DNA of 64,000 nt from Cyanobacteria bacterium P01_F01_bin.150 (GTDB lineage: Bacteria > Cyanobacteriota > Cyanobacteriia > CAKZMO01), in NCBI GenBank assembly GCA_039189765.1, contig JBCCYL010000022.1, positions 1 to 64,000 on the forward strand. Direction: 5' to 3'. The translations under genes were made by a program, and so were the position numbers. The notes beneath the pieces were generated by a model, which was not told the origin of the DNA, searched no databases, and worked only from the letters and a program-made list of their open reading frames with translations. Every line of letters starts with the position of its first letter. The stretch's first letter is position 1. This document shows, piece by piece, positions 55,168-64,000 of this stretch.

Positions 55168-58100
55168 ATGACTTCCCTAGATCCAAAGCATAGAGATATA
55201 GAAACTCTCAACAAATCTATAGCATTAGCAAAATCTCTAATTTCATCATTTCTCCAAAATCCAGAGTCTGAATTAAAGTTCACTACTATATTTGGGACTG
55301 AATTTAGCAAAACATCATTAGATAAATTTAAGGTTGAGCCAATAGAATCTTGGTTTCCTAAAGTTGAAATACTACCACATAAAGTATTAGGGGCAAAAGG
55401 AGGATTTTCAGAATCAACAGAGACTATATATATCTCACGTGAATTCATTTATGAGAATGCCAACAGTTCAAATAATATAGCAAGTATTTTAGTAGAAGAA
55501 GCTGGTCACTTTATTGATAAAAAAATAAATGTACAAGATGCACAAGGTGATGAGGGTAACCTTTTCGCCTTATTGTCGCAAAACATTAATCTATCACCAG
55601 AAGAGATTTCAGTAATAAAGAAAGAAGATGATAGTACAATCATCAATCTAAATGGTAAAAAAGTTAAAATTGAAAAATCCTCAATTAGTGATAGTGGTGG
55701 GTTTGAAGGTAGTCAGAAAAAATTATCCTTGGATAGTGAAGGTGGCGGAGAAGTTGAATATAGCTATGAATTCTTTTTTATTCCTGATAGATTTATATTA
55801 CGGTACGAAGGAGAAAATATTCTTGATACTGGATTTGTATCAGGAGAAAAATCAGGAAAGGTATCAGTACCTCTAGGGAAAGAAGATGAATTAGAAGTCA
55901 TTGTTAGTACTGATGATGAAGGAACATTATGGGAATATGAAATTTCCACTCTGCCTACAGCATCTATTGTATTTCGGGAAAAAGATGATGGCTCAAAAGA
56001 TGGGACTTGGGGAGGGCCAGGCGATCTTGTTCCAGGATGGGATCATGTAGGCTTTTCTTTTAATGATAAGGTATACGAATCTCACCCTGGTAATCTACCC
56101 CGTGGCGTAAGCGCAGGATCATTTTGGGATGTCCGACAAGGAAAATTTGTTCCTATTAATAATATAAATGGAGTACAAAAAGAACACACTATAGGTTCTT
56201 TCGAGCACGACTCACAAGATATTAGTAAAACTCCAGTTATCAGGTTCAAAGAATATCCAATCGATCCCATTCTCGGGGAGAAGATGGCTAAGATAATAGA
56301 TCCATTGATTGGTGTTAGCGGCTTTCAATTTATTGCCGACATTTCAGATTTTGACCTAAATAACATTAATAAGAGATTATCCCCTTCGGTCCAAAAGGGT
56401 GGAGGGGGTACTTTCACTTGTGTTGGACTTGTTGAATGGGCTGCTGAAAGGGCAGGACATAATGGAGGGGAAGGTTTTATTCCAGATATATTAGAATCTA
56501 TTCCTCTTCCAAATACAACCAATGTAATACCTCTTCTATCGCCTGAACTACTGTCCTATTCACTAGGCATAACTTCTAGTTTTAATAGTGTGATTGATGG
56601 TATTACCGGCAGCTTCAACAAAGGTATAGAGTGGATAAAGTCTTTCACAGATCAAGGTAAGGATTTTATCCAGGGATTTTTTGATCCAGTAGATTTCATC
56701 TTGACGGATCCGTTAGGCCGTAGATTAGGACATCAAGGAAATAACGAATTTAAGGAAATCCCTGGAGCTTTATATACCGGAGATGGAGGAATAGAGCAAT
56801 TCCTAATTCTTGATCCTATCCCAGGTGACTATAAGCTAGATTTATTTGGTCTTAATGAAAATGCACTTGCAAGTGTAACAGGTTCATCTATTGATGCAAT
56901 TTTAGTAGAAGATTTTTTAGCCAATGATACACAATTAACAGAAGAATTCACAGTTGAAGGAAGCAATTTCAATTCTACAGATCCAACTAGTGAAATTATT
57001 GATCTATCTATTACAAGAGTAGATAGTTCACTTACATCAGTTGATATTAACGATATCATAAAATATGATTTAATCATAACGAATAAAGGACCTGGTAGGG
57101 CCACCAATGTTCTTCTTTCAGATACTCTTCCAGAAGGGATAAATGTTATAGAAGTCGAAGCATCTCAAGGTTTGGCTTTTGAAGATGATAATTTAATCAC
57201 TGCTAATATTGGAACACTAAACAGTGGTGATACTGCAACTGTAACCGTTGAAGTTAATCCCATAGCTGCTGGAACTGTCATAGGAAATGCTTCCGTACAA
57301 GCAAAACAAGCAGATTCAAATATTACAGATAATATTCTCATACATGGCCGGACTATCAATAGTAGGACTCCACAACCTGCTGATTTAGAGCTAACACAAA
57401 CTATTGACAACTCCAAACCTTTCATCAATGATGTTGTAACTATTAGTGTAAGCTTAACTAATCAAGGACCTGGAATTGCTTCATCAGTCAAAGTACGGAA
57501 TTTATTACCAGCAGGATTGAGATTTATTGATTCAGATCCAGAGCAGGGAATCTACGATGAAGCAACTGGTATTTGGGATGTAGGTAATATTAGAGATGGA
57601 TTAACTCGAACTCTAGACATAGAAGTTTCAGTAAACGCGGCTAAAATTCCCGACATTATTTCAGAAGTAATTTCAGTAAATGAAATTGACCCTGATTCCA
57701 CTCCAGATAATAATCTTATCCAAGAAGATGACTATGCATCACTTAAAATTATTCCAGACGGTGTTGGGAAAACATTAATTGGAACTAAACGAAAAGATAC
57801 ATTGAAAGGTAGTCCATTTAATGACAAAATAGTTGGGCTAAATAAGAGAGATAAATTAATCGGAAATTCAGGCGATGACCTCATTAGAGGTGGTGGTGGA
57901 AATGACCTCATAAAAGGAGGTTCAGGTCAAGATAAATTAATTGGAAATTCAGGTGATGACCGCATCTTGGGTGGGAAAGGTAATGACGTATTAACTGGAT
58001 CTGGCGGAAATGACAGGCTTGTGGGAGGCAAAGGAAATGATCGGTTAAACGGAGGAACTGGCAATGATCGTCTTATAGGTGATAAAGGCAGTGACATGCT

Positions 58101-58380
58101 CTTAGGGGGCAAGGGAGATGATTTTTTAATTGGCGGCAAAGGTAAAGATATAATGATAGGAGGAAGCGGTAGAGATACTTTTGTCCTTAAAAGAAAACAA
58201 AAAAGAGATACGATACGCAAATTTCAATCAGAAGACTTATTACAGGTACAAGGAGTCTCATTACGAGAAATTGACATTCTCCAAAAAGGTAAAAACACTC
58301 TCATTCAAGTAAACGAAAAAGATATTGTAATTTTGAGAGGGTTTAATTCTGAAAATCTTAGCTCAACAAACTTTATATAG
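55168..58380 (+). CDS. Secreted RTX (Ca-binding) protein with permuted NlpC/P60-like domain and DUF11 repeats
   Basis: LVEEAGHFID N-domain; WDHVGF...FTCVGLVEW; two DL.IT...NxGP DUF11-like domains; many C-terminal GGxGND repeats. Confidence 0.85.
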   Translation: MTSLDPKHRDIETLNKSIALAKSLISSFLQNPESELKFTTIFGTEFSKTSLDKFKVEPIESWFPKVEILPHKVLGAKGGFSESTETIYISREFIYENANSSNNIASILVEEAGHFIDKKINVQDAQGDEGNLFALLSQNINLSPEEISVIKKEDDSTIINLNGKKVKIEKSSISDSGGFEGSQKKLSLDSEGGGEVEYSYEFFFIPDRFILRYEGENILDTGFVSGEKSGKVSVPLGKEDELEVIVSTDDEGTLWEYEISTLPTASIVFREKDDGSKDGTWGGPGDLVPGWDHVGFSFNDKVYESHPGNLPRGVSAGSFWDVRQGKFVPINNINGVQKEHTIGSFEHDSQDISKTPVIRFKEYPIDPILGEKMAKIIDPLIGVSGFQFIADISDFDLNNINKRLSPSVQKGGGGTFTCVGLVEWAAERAGHNGGEGFIPDILESIPLPNTTNVIPLLSPELLSYSLGITSSFNSVIDGITGSFNKGIEWIKSFTDQGKDFIQGFFDPVDFILTDPLGRRLGHQGNNEFKEIPGALYTGDGGIEQFLILDPIPGDYKLDLFGLNENALASVTGSSIDAILVEDFLANDTQLTEEFTVEGSNFNSTDPTSEIIDLSITRVDSSLTSVDINDIIKYDLIITNKGPGRATNVLLSDTLPEGINVIEVEASQGLAFEDDNLITANIGTLNSGDTATVTVEVNPIAAGTVIGNASVQAKQADSNITDNILIHGRTINSRTPQPADLELTQTIDNSKPFINDVVTISVSLTNQGPGIASSVKVRNLLPAGLRFIDSDPEQGIYDEATGIWDVGNIRDGLTRTLDIEVSVNAAKIPDIISEVISVNEIDPDSTPDNNLIQEDDYASLKIIPDGVGKTLIGTKRKDTLKGSPFNDKIVGLNKRDKLIGNSGDDLIRGGGGNDLIKGGSGQDKLIGNSGDDRILGGKGNDVLTGSGGNDRLVGGKGNDRLNGGTGNDRLIGDKGSDMLLGGKGDDFLIGGKGKDIMIGGSGRDTFVLKRKQKRDTIRKFQSEDLLQVQGVSLREIDILQKGKNTLIQVNEKDIVILRGFNSENLSSTNFI

Positions 58381-58580
58381 TTTTATTCATGCAAGAATTT
58401 AACATAGAATATAGTTAATAGGCGACAGGTTTATTAATTAAAAATTTTTCGCCTATTATGGCCTTTATTTTAAGGTGGAAATAATTTAATTTGGCTCAAT
58501 AGCTTTTTCAGAAAGGTGATATGTGAAAAACGCTGGCAAGGCTTGCCATTTATAACCATCAAGAAACTGAAAGCGCCTCC

Positions 58581-58651
58581 TTTAAAATCATTTTATAGTC
58601 AGGGGTTGAGCCATTTCAATTTTAAAAATTCCCTGAAATAGGGATAAAGCT
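58581..58651 (+). repeat. Dispersed ~70-bp degenerate repeat, copy 2
   Basis: Similar to 50707-50780. Confidence 0.55.
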
Positions 58652-58699
58652 TTTAATTTTTACATTAATTCAAAATATTATTCCATGACTATCTAATTA

Positions 58700-59455
58700 T
58701 TGATGAGTTTTTATATGATAAAAACAATAAAAACAGTTCTAACATCCACTACTATTTTTATATTTTTGTTATCATCATGTACTAAAGAAGAAATTCCCAC
58801 TAAAATTAGTATCCCAAATCAAGACATTATTCTTAAAAAGATTCAAGATTTAGAATCTAATAACTATCCAAAAATTGCATATATATCTTCTGACTATATA
58901 GATTTTAAAAAATCAAGTACGTGGCAACCTATAATTGAAAAGTATAATTGTGCAAGATCTCTAGAGGAAGCAACTTCTATTCTCAATAAAGCCTTTGAAT
59001 CAAAAAGAGAAGAAAGGGGTTTTTTTGAATTTTATATAAATGAAGGTAACTCCAATGATTATAGATTAAGAGTAATAAAGTGTGATTTCTTATCAGAACT
59101 AAAATATATTAGAGAATATGTAAAAAATGATGTTGGGTCACGATCGAAAAAAAAGAATAGTGCTTCAGATTTACCAAAAATTGGTAAATTAATGGTAAGT
59201 GAAATACATGAATCAACTATTCATGATCTTATATTAACCTCACCATTTATAAGTCGTAACTCTATTGTGTCAGAAGAAATACAGGAGACAGAGACTCACT
59301 TCCATCATGCTGCTTATACATTAGCAGCCATTCGCTCAGATAAGAAAAACTGTACAGGCTATAGAGTAAGTTACCTTACCCATGAAGTAAGTAAATCAAC
59401 AGGTCTTATTTCAATTCATAGGAGAGGAAATATTAAGGATATCGGAGATTGCTGA
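58700..59455 (+). CDS. Putative lipoprotein
   Basis: Signal peptide with lipobox LSSC; likely start MIKTIK at 58715. Confidence 0.72.
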   Translation: MMSFYMIKTIKTVLTSTTIFIFLLSSCTKEEIPTKISIPNQDIILKKIQDLESNNYPKIAYISSDYIDFKKSSTWQPIIEKYNCARSLEEATSILNKAFESKREERGFFEFYINEGNSNDYRLRVIKCDFLSELKYIREYVKNDVGSRSKKKNSASDLPKIGKLMVSEIHESTIHDLILTSPFISRNSIVSEEIQETETHFHHAAYTLAAIRSDKKNCTGYRVSYLTHEVSKSTGLISIHRRGNIKDIGDC

Positions 59456-59503
59456 TTAGTAAGAGTGAGGGTAACATATTCAACACATTGCCAGAAGGGT
59501 TAC

Positions 59504-60490
59504 TTACAAGCGTATCCTCTCAATCTCATCCAAACTAATCGTATCCTCCCGTCGGTCATACAACGCAGTAGTCCGACTATCTTCATGAGCGGCGATCTTC
59601 TGGGCATTATCCCGACTCCCGCCGTTACGGAGAAAGTTGGTAATCCCCGATCCACGGAAGGTATGATTACACGCATCGGTACTAACTCCAGCATCTCTAG
59701 CCCGACGCTTCACCATAGCCCAAGCATCAGTTCTGAGCAAAGCTCGGTCATTCAACTTCTTCTGGCTTCGCCCCCTGGCGGATCGGAAAAGGGGAGTATC
59801 TTTGGCATCGCCCAATTCTCCGGCCTCTATATATAAGTCAAGATATTCCTCAACAGTGTGGTGAGCTGGCACCTCATGGTGCTTACCTCCTTTTTCTTTG
59901 AGCCGGAGCCAATACCGCTTCCCCTTAGGAAAATAATCTTTCACCTGCATCCCAAGCACAGCACTAATTCGAGCAAACGAGAAAAACATCGTAGCAATGA
60001 GTGCTCTATCCCGAAGTCCAACCACATGAGAGATATCAATCGAAGCAAGTAACTGTCGCATCTCCTCATCCGAAAGCACAGGAGTCTTACCCTTCTTGAC
60101 TCGGTGCTTTGGGCCTTTGACCTCAGAAGCAGGATTCTCACTCACAATTCCACCAACTTTCATGAAATCAAACATGGACCGCAGAGCTGCCAGGTGTTGA
60201 TTAATAGTAGGGGCCGAACCCTGATGTTGCTCGATGTAGGCCGCGATCACCAAAGAGTCAATGTGGAAGAATGTCACCTTACGACTCTCACACCACTGCA
60301 AGAATTGCTTGATAGCATGAGCATATGCAGTACGAGTGTTTTTATTGCGAATACTGACAAGGAAAAATTCGACAAAGCGACGAGAAGCATCTTTTCCGGC
60401 ATCGGCGATCACAGATGGAAGCAATATTTCGTTACGCTGAACATTTACTAATGCGTTAGAACTATCATCTTTATCAGTTAATTCATTCAT
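59504..60490 (-). CDS. Tyrosine recombinase/resolvase
   Basis: RDRAL...ARISA (R), EKGGK (K), HTFR (HxxR), AHED (H), TALYDR (Y). Confidence 0.93.
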   Translation of the reverse strand: MNELTDKDDSSNALVNVQRNEILLPSVIADAGKDASRRFVEFFLVSIRNKNTRTAYAHAIKQFLQWCESRKVTFFHIDSLVIAAYIEQHQGSAPTINQHLAALRSMFDFMKVGGIVSENPASEVKGPKHRVKKGKTPVLSDEEMRQLLASIDISHVVGLRDRALIATMFFSFARISAVLGMQVKDYFPKGKRYWLRLKEKGGKHHEVPAHHTVEEYLDLYIEAGELGDAKDTPLFRSARGRSQKKLNDRALLRTDAWAMVKRRARDAGVSTDACNHTFRGSGITNFLRNGGSRDNAQKIAAHEDSRTTALYDRREDTISLDEIERIRL

Positions 60491-60536
60491 ACTATCCCTT
60501 GAAGTGGTTAGAGTACTAGAGATCTAGTCATCATAT

Positions 60537-60567
60537 TACCAGACATAAAAAGGAATTATGTCTGGTA
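60537..60567. promoter_or_regulatory. Probable recombination/binding site of the tyrosine recombinase
   Basis: TACCAGACATAA-aaaggaa-TTATGTCTGGTA: perfect 12-bp arms with a 7-bp asymmetric spacer, ~45 bp upstream of the gene. Confidence 0.7.
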
Positions 60568-60830
60568 TTTACTAAAAAGAAAAGGGGGTTTCTACTTCCC
60601 GAAACAAACACTGTTTTATAGCTTAAATTTTAAATACCTGTCATAAAATCAATCTTTTCATGTAAATCTTAATAGTTGATAGAGGCATTCAACATTCATC
60701 AAAACGCAAAATAGTGTTACAAAAATTATTCTTGCTGTATTGCACTCCATCAAATAATTCAGCATCATTCAACTGACTGCCTTGATCTCCATCAGACCGT
60801 AGCCCCTAAAATTGATACGTCCTCAGATAC

Positions 60831-61955
60831 ATGCCAAGAACCCTTGCTTACGAACCCCACAATGCCTTAAATGCAATTTGTCCATACTTCACCATGTTTC
60901 CTTTGGAGTACCCATTACAGGTTTTGGAGGAGTATAAGGAAGAGAATCCAGTAGTCATGGACCCATTTTGTGGTCGTGGCACAACTCTCTTTGCCGCACG
61001 TCAGCTAGGTTTCACCGCACATGGCATTGATTCATCACCGGTAGCAGTTGCAATAGCACGAGCAAAGCTATGCAACATAGATATAGACAAAACCCTTGAT
61101 CTAGCTCAAGAGTATATAGAAGCAGACCAAGTAAAAAACATACCTGATGCCGAATTCTTTAGACTTGCGTTCTCTACATCAGTCCTAAAGCAGATTTGTG
61201 CTATACGTAATGCGCTGCTGAGCAGAAATCGAGACAGCAATACCTCTGTCCTATTAAGGGCGGCAATGCTTGGTTGTCTTCATGGCCCAATAAGCAAAAG
61301 ACCTATTACTCAAGCCTATTTTTCTAACCAAATGCCCCGAACTTTTTCGACTAAACCAGACTACTCAATACGTTATTGGAAAGAGAAAGCCTTAAAACCT
61401 CCAGAAATAAATGTGATCTCCGTACTTACACGGAAGCTACGTCGCATACAACAATCTATACCGCTAAAGAGAGCATCGTTTTTTGATGCTCGCCTGGGAG
61501 ATTCTCGATTTGCAAAGAGTATACCTACTTCAAAGCGGAATTTTTCAGTAGTGGTAACCTCCCCCCCTTATTACGGAATGAGAACATATGTCGAGGATCA
61601 GTGGCTACGAAACTGGTTCCTTGGTGGTCCACCATATGTCGAGTATGGCAAAACAGAACAGATTCAACATACTGGAAAAGATGTATTTGCTAAGTCATTA
61701 GGTTCTGTATGGCAGAACATGGCTCGTACACATCATGAGGATCTAAACATGTATATCCGTTTTGGCACCCTACCGTCAGTTAAGACAAACCCCAAGTCCC
61801 TGATACACGCATCATTAGAAGAATCGGGGGTGACATGGCGTCTTCAATCAATCTCTGAAGCAGCAACAGCCGCGTCAGGTAGACGACAAGCGAATCACAT
61901 GACCGCAACGTCTACATCTGCTATGGAGTACGACTTTCACGTTTACCGAGTATGA
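60831..61955 (+). CDS. Amino-DNA methyltransferase (likely N4-cytosine, motif I before motif IV)
   Basis: DPFCGRGTT (SAM binding) and TSPPYY (catalytic SPPY). Confidence 0.88.
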   Translation: MPRTLAYEPHNALNAICPYFTMFPLEYPLQVLEEYKEENPVVMDPFCGRGTTLFAARQLGFTAHGIDSSPVAVAIARAKLCNIDIDKTLDLAQEYIEADQVKNIPDAEFFRLAFSTSVLKQICAIRNALLSRNRDSNTSVLLRAAMLGCLHGPISKRPITQAYFSNQMPRTFSTKPDYSIRYWKEKALKPPEINVISVLTRKLRRIQQSIPLKRASFFDARLGDSRFAKSIPTSKRNFSVVVTSPPYYGMRTYVEDQWLRNWFLGGPPYVEYGKTEQIQHTGKDVFAKSLGSVWQNMARTHHEDLNMYIRFGTLPSVKTNPKSLIHASLEESGVTWRLQSISEAATAASGRRQANHMTATSTSAMEYDFHVYRV

Positions 61956-61967
61956 GGAAATAAACTC

Positions 61968-64000
61968 ATGACGACATCTCACACATTACCAATGAAAAAG
62001 GTTTCAAAGAGTACGATGTCTATGTTTTTGCGTACTCGCTGCGACAAAGAGCTTTATTTATCATTACATGATAAAAAAGCTCTTAAAGCCCTTGGATTGC
62101 CAGCACAAGTGAAACGTCCGGGTATTGGTATACTATCAGTTGAAGGTAGAAAATTTGAAGAGGTCCGCAACGATCAATTAGTCCGTTTATTCCCAAAAAT
62201 AATTACCTTTAAGAAAATCAAGACATCTTATAAAGATATAGATTTAGAGGCTTTTCTTCTAAAGATTACAGCACCTCCTCAGATTATTCTTCAAGGAAGA
62301 TTTTCAATTTCATCATCCCAAAATTTGATATTAAAAAATCTTGGCTTATCCTCATCAGAGATTGCTAATATCCCAGAAATTTCAGATTTTATACCAGATG
62401 TTATCATTGTCCGTCAGCCCAAAGAAGGAGATATAGAAATTTGCACAGATGCATCGCGTTCTGAAATAAGCGCAGGAAGTGAAGCACGTTTAGCTATTGA
62501 AATTATTGATATAAAGCATACCAATGAAGCTAATGCAAGTTATTGCTCTGAGATTGCTCTCTATGCATTAATGCTCACTAATTGGCTACATTTACACTCA
62601 ACGCTATCTGGTCGGTTTTATGTAAATTTAAATTCTTATCTATGGACAAGATTTAAACAAGGAGAAAGTGAGCTAGAACATCTGGAAAAAAAAGGAGGAG
62701 CGACCACAGAAGAGCTTCTACAAGCCTTAATATCTGACTCAGAAGATGCGAATCTACGTTTTTATCTTGCTGCTGTACGTCAGTTCTTTGAGAATGTAGT
62801 GAGAGTTATTAAAGAAGCTTATCAAAATGGATGGGAAAACTTAGAGTGGCATGTTAGTAGCAGGTGTAGTAATTGTGATTGGCTGGGCGATAAACGACAT
62901 TTAAGTAAAGAAGACAAAAATACTGTAGATAGCAATCCTAACCACTATTGCTTACCATTTGCAAAAGTCAGTGACCATTTATCCTTAGTTCCTGGAATTT
63001 CCCATGGAGCCAAAAGAATCTTGCACAATAATGCAGTCAATACAACTGCTGATCTTGCTCATGCTCATGGGAATAAAGCTTTTCAAGAACATACAACACT
63101 TAAACGAGAAGCTCGACATTTACCACAAAAGTCAAATGCTATCCTCTCTTCAACGCTGAACACAGATGTAGATGCTGTAATTGCCTCTCTTATTAAGAGC
63201 GCAAATTTACTCATATACGCAAGTATCAATTTCGATGCCAGTGCAGGACTCTTAACAGGCTTATCAATATCTGGTACTGCTACCAACTTTAAACCAGGCA
63301 TTCATCCCCGAACCTTCCAAGCTACTGCTTTCGTTGTAGACCAAAAAAATCTTGCGGCTGAGTGGGTCGCTCTTGAAGCTTTTTTATCAAGTATTAGTGA
63401 GTATCTTAACTATGCTATAGATGATCTGAAGATTAAAAATCCCAAAGGACAAATTCATTTCTGGGAACATTGTCAATTTCAAGAGCTATGTAACGCGATG
63501 GGACGCCATCTCCCTCGTATTTTAGCTTTCAAAGACAAGAGGATGCGCGCACTAGCATGGATTTTTTCCCCTGATGAATTGATAGCACAACCTGAATCCT
63601 TACAAGCTTCTACGGTTGTCACACTAGAGCATATAATCCAACGCATGGTCTTTACGCCTACGCCACACGCTATTACACTTTTTGGTACTTCAGAAAGCTA
63701 TCCAGAAAATCCAAAATATCTTCAAAGAGAAACCGATTCTTACTATAGAGAATATCTCAGCAATAGCATTCCCCGTGAACGAATATATGAAATATGGAGA
63801 AATGCCTCACAAATTAAGCGAGGTTCAAAACTAATTCCAAGAAATACAGCAATTACACGTTTCTCAAAAACATTAGAGAAACAAGTAAAGGCTCTAGAAT
63901 CAATTTGTGGAAGATTACGACATGATTACAAAGACAGTTTTAAGGCTAAAGCAACTTATATCTCACCTAAAGTGCCGGGAGGAGCACAAAAGGTTGCTTT
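61968..64000 (+). CDS. Large protein (3'-truncated by the window) with N-terminal Cas4/RecB/Dna2-like PD-(D/E)XK nuclease; not in the ORF track
   Basis: Hand translation: MTTSHTLPMKKVSKSTMSMFLRTRCDKELYL...FIPDVII...EIIDIKH...EIALYA...RCSNCDWL...HYC...LSLVPGIS. GAGG RBS, 12 bp after the MTase. No stop in the part I translated, and its absence from the track fits an ORF open to the edge. Confidence 0.8.
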   Translation, partial: MTTSHTLPMKKVSKSTMSMFLRTRCDKELYLSLHDKKALKALGLPAQVKRPGIGILSVEGRKFEEVRNDQLVRLFPKIITFKKIKTSYKDIDLEAFLLKITAPPQIILQGRFSISSSQNLILKNLGLSSSEIANIPEISDFIPDVIIVRQPKEGDIEICTDASRSEISAGSEARLAIEIIDIKHTNEANASYCSEIALYALMLTNWLHLHSTLSGRFYVNLNSYLWTRFKQGESELEHLEKKGGATTEELLQALISDSEDANLRFYLAAVRQFFENVVRVIKEAYQNGWENLEWHVSSRCSNCDWLGDKRHLSKEDKNTVDSNPNHYCLPFAKVSDHLSLVPGISHGAKRILHNNAVNTTADLAHAHGNKAFQEHTTLKREARHLPQKSNAILSSTLNTDVDAVIASLIKSANLLIYASINFDASAGLLTGLSISGTATNFKPGIHPRTFQATAFVVDQKNLAAEWVALEAFLSSISEYLNYAIDDLKIKNPKGQIHFWEHCQFQELCNAMGRHLPRILAFKDKRMRALAWIFSPDELIAQPESLQASTVVTLEHIIQRMVFTPTPHAITLFGTSESYPENPKYLQRETDSYYREYLSNSIPRERIYEIWRNASQIKRGSKLIPRNTAITRFSKTLEKQVKALESICGRLRHDYKDSFKAKATYISPKVPGGAQKVA

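Noticed and set aside
61968..64000. Calling the Cas4-like ORF part of a CRISPR-cas locus linked to the I-F repeats
   Set aside because: It is 54 kb away, much larger than Cas4, coupled to a methyltransferase, and type I-F systems do not use Cas4.

Overview
This window looks like part of a large cyanobacterial plasmid. The host assignment is inferred from several GCGATCGC (HIP1) octamers, DUF4114/Calx-beta/RTX proteins, an Rpn-DUF4351 protein and cyanobacterial-type ribbon-helix-helix genes. From left to right it holds: (1) an AT-rich NB-ARC/TPR gene plus a split or decayed paralogue; (2) a putative anti-defence or leading region with ArdA, twin DnaA-box hairpins and an orphan two-repeat type I-F CRISPR-like unit with its own terminator; (3) a ~900-nt, heavily base-paired, GNRA-rich non-coding element closed by a perfect 15-bp long-range helix, followed by a basic 196-aa unknown protein; (4) a YhcG/DUF1016 nuclease; (5) an iteron origin with an RPA-family rep, parA, parB and parS-like palindromes; (6) RadC, PLD, PP-loop and M23/lysozyme genes, an ATPase and a ParM-like operon; (7) a second, AEP-primase-like replication gene and a group II intron remnant; (8) a 4286-aa RTX/vWA/Ig/RHS protein; (9) Rpn, KfrA-like and IS genes, and an RTX protein with a permuted papain-like domain plus a lipoprotein; (10) a tyrosine recombinase with its probable site, then a methyltransferase and a Cas4/RecB-like nuclease running off the right edge. 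The best candidates for undescribed systems are the giant structured RNA with its neighbouring protein (9640-11481) and the orphan I-F mini-array next to ardA (7812-7933). All family calls come from motif recognition by eye; no database search or folding program was run.
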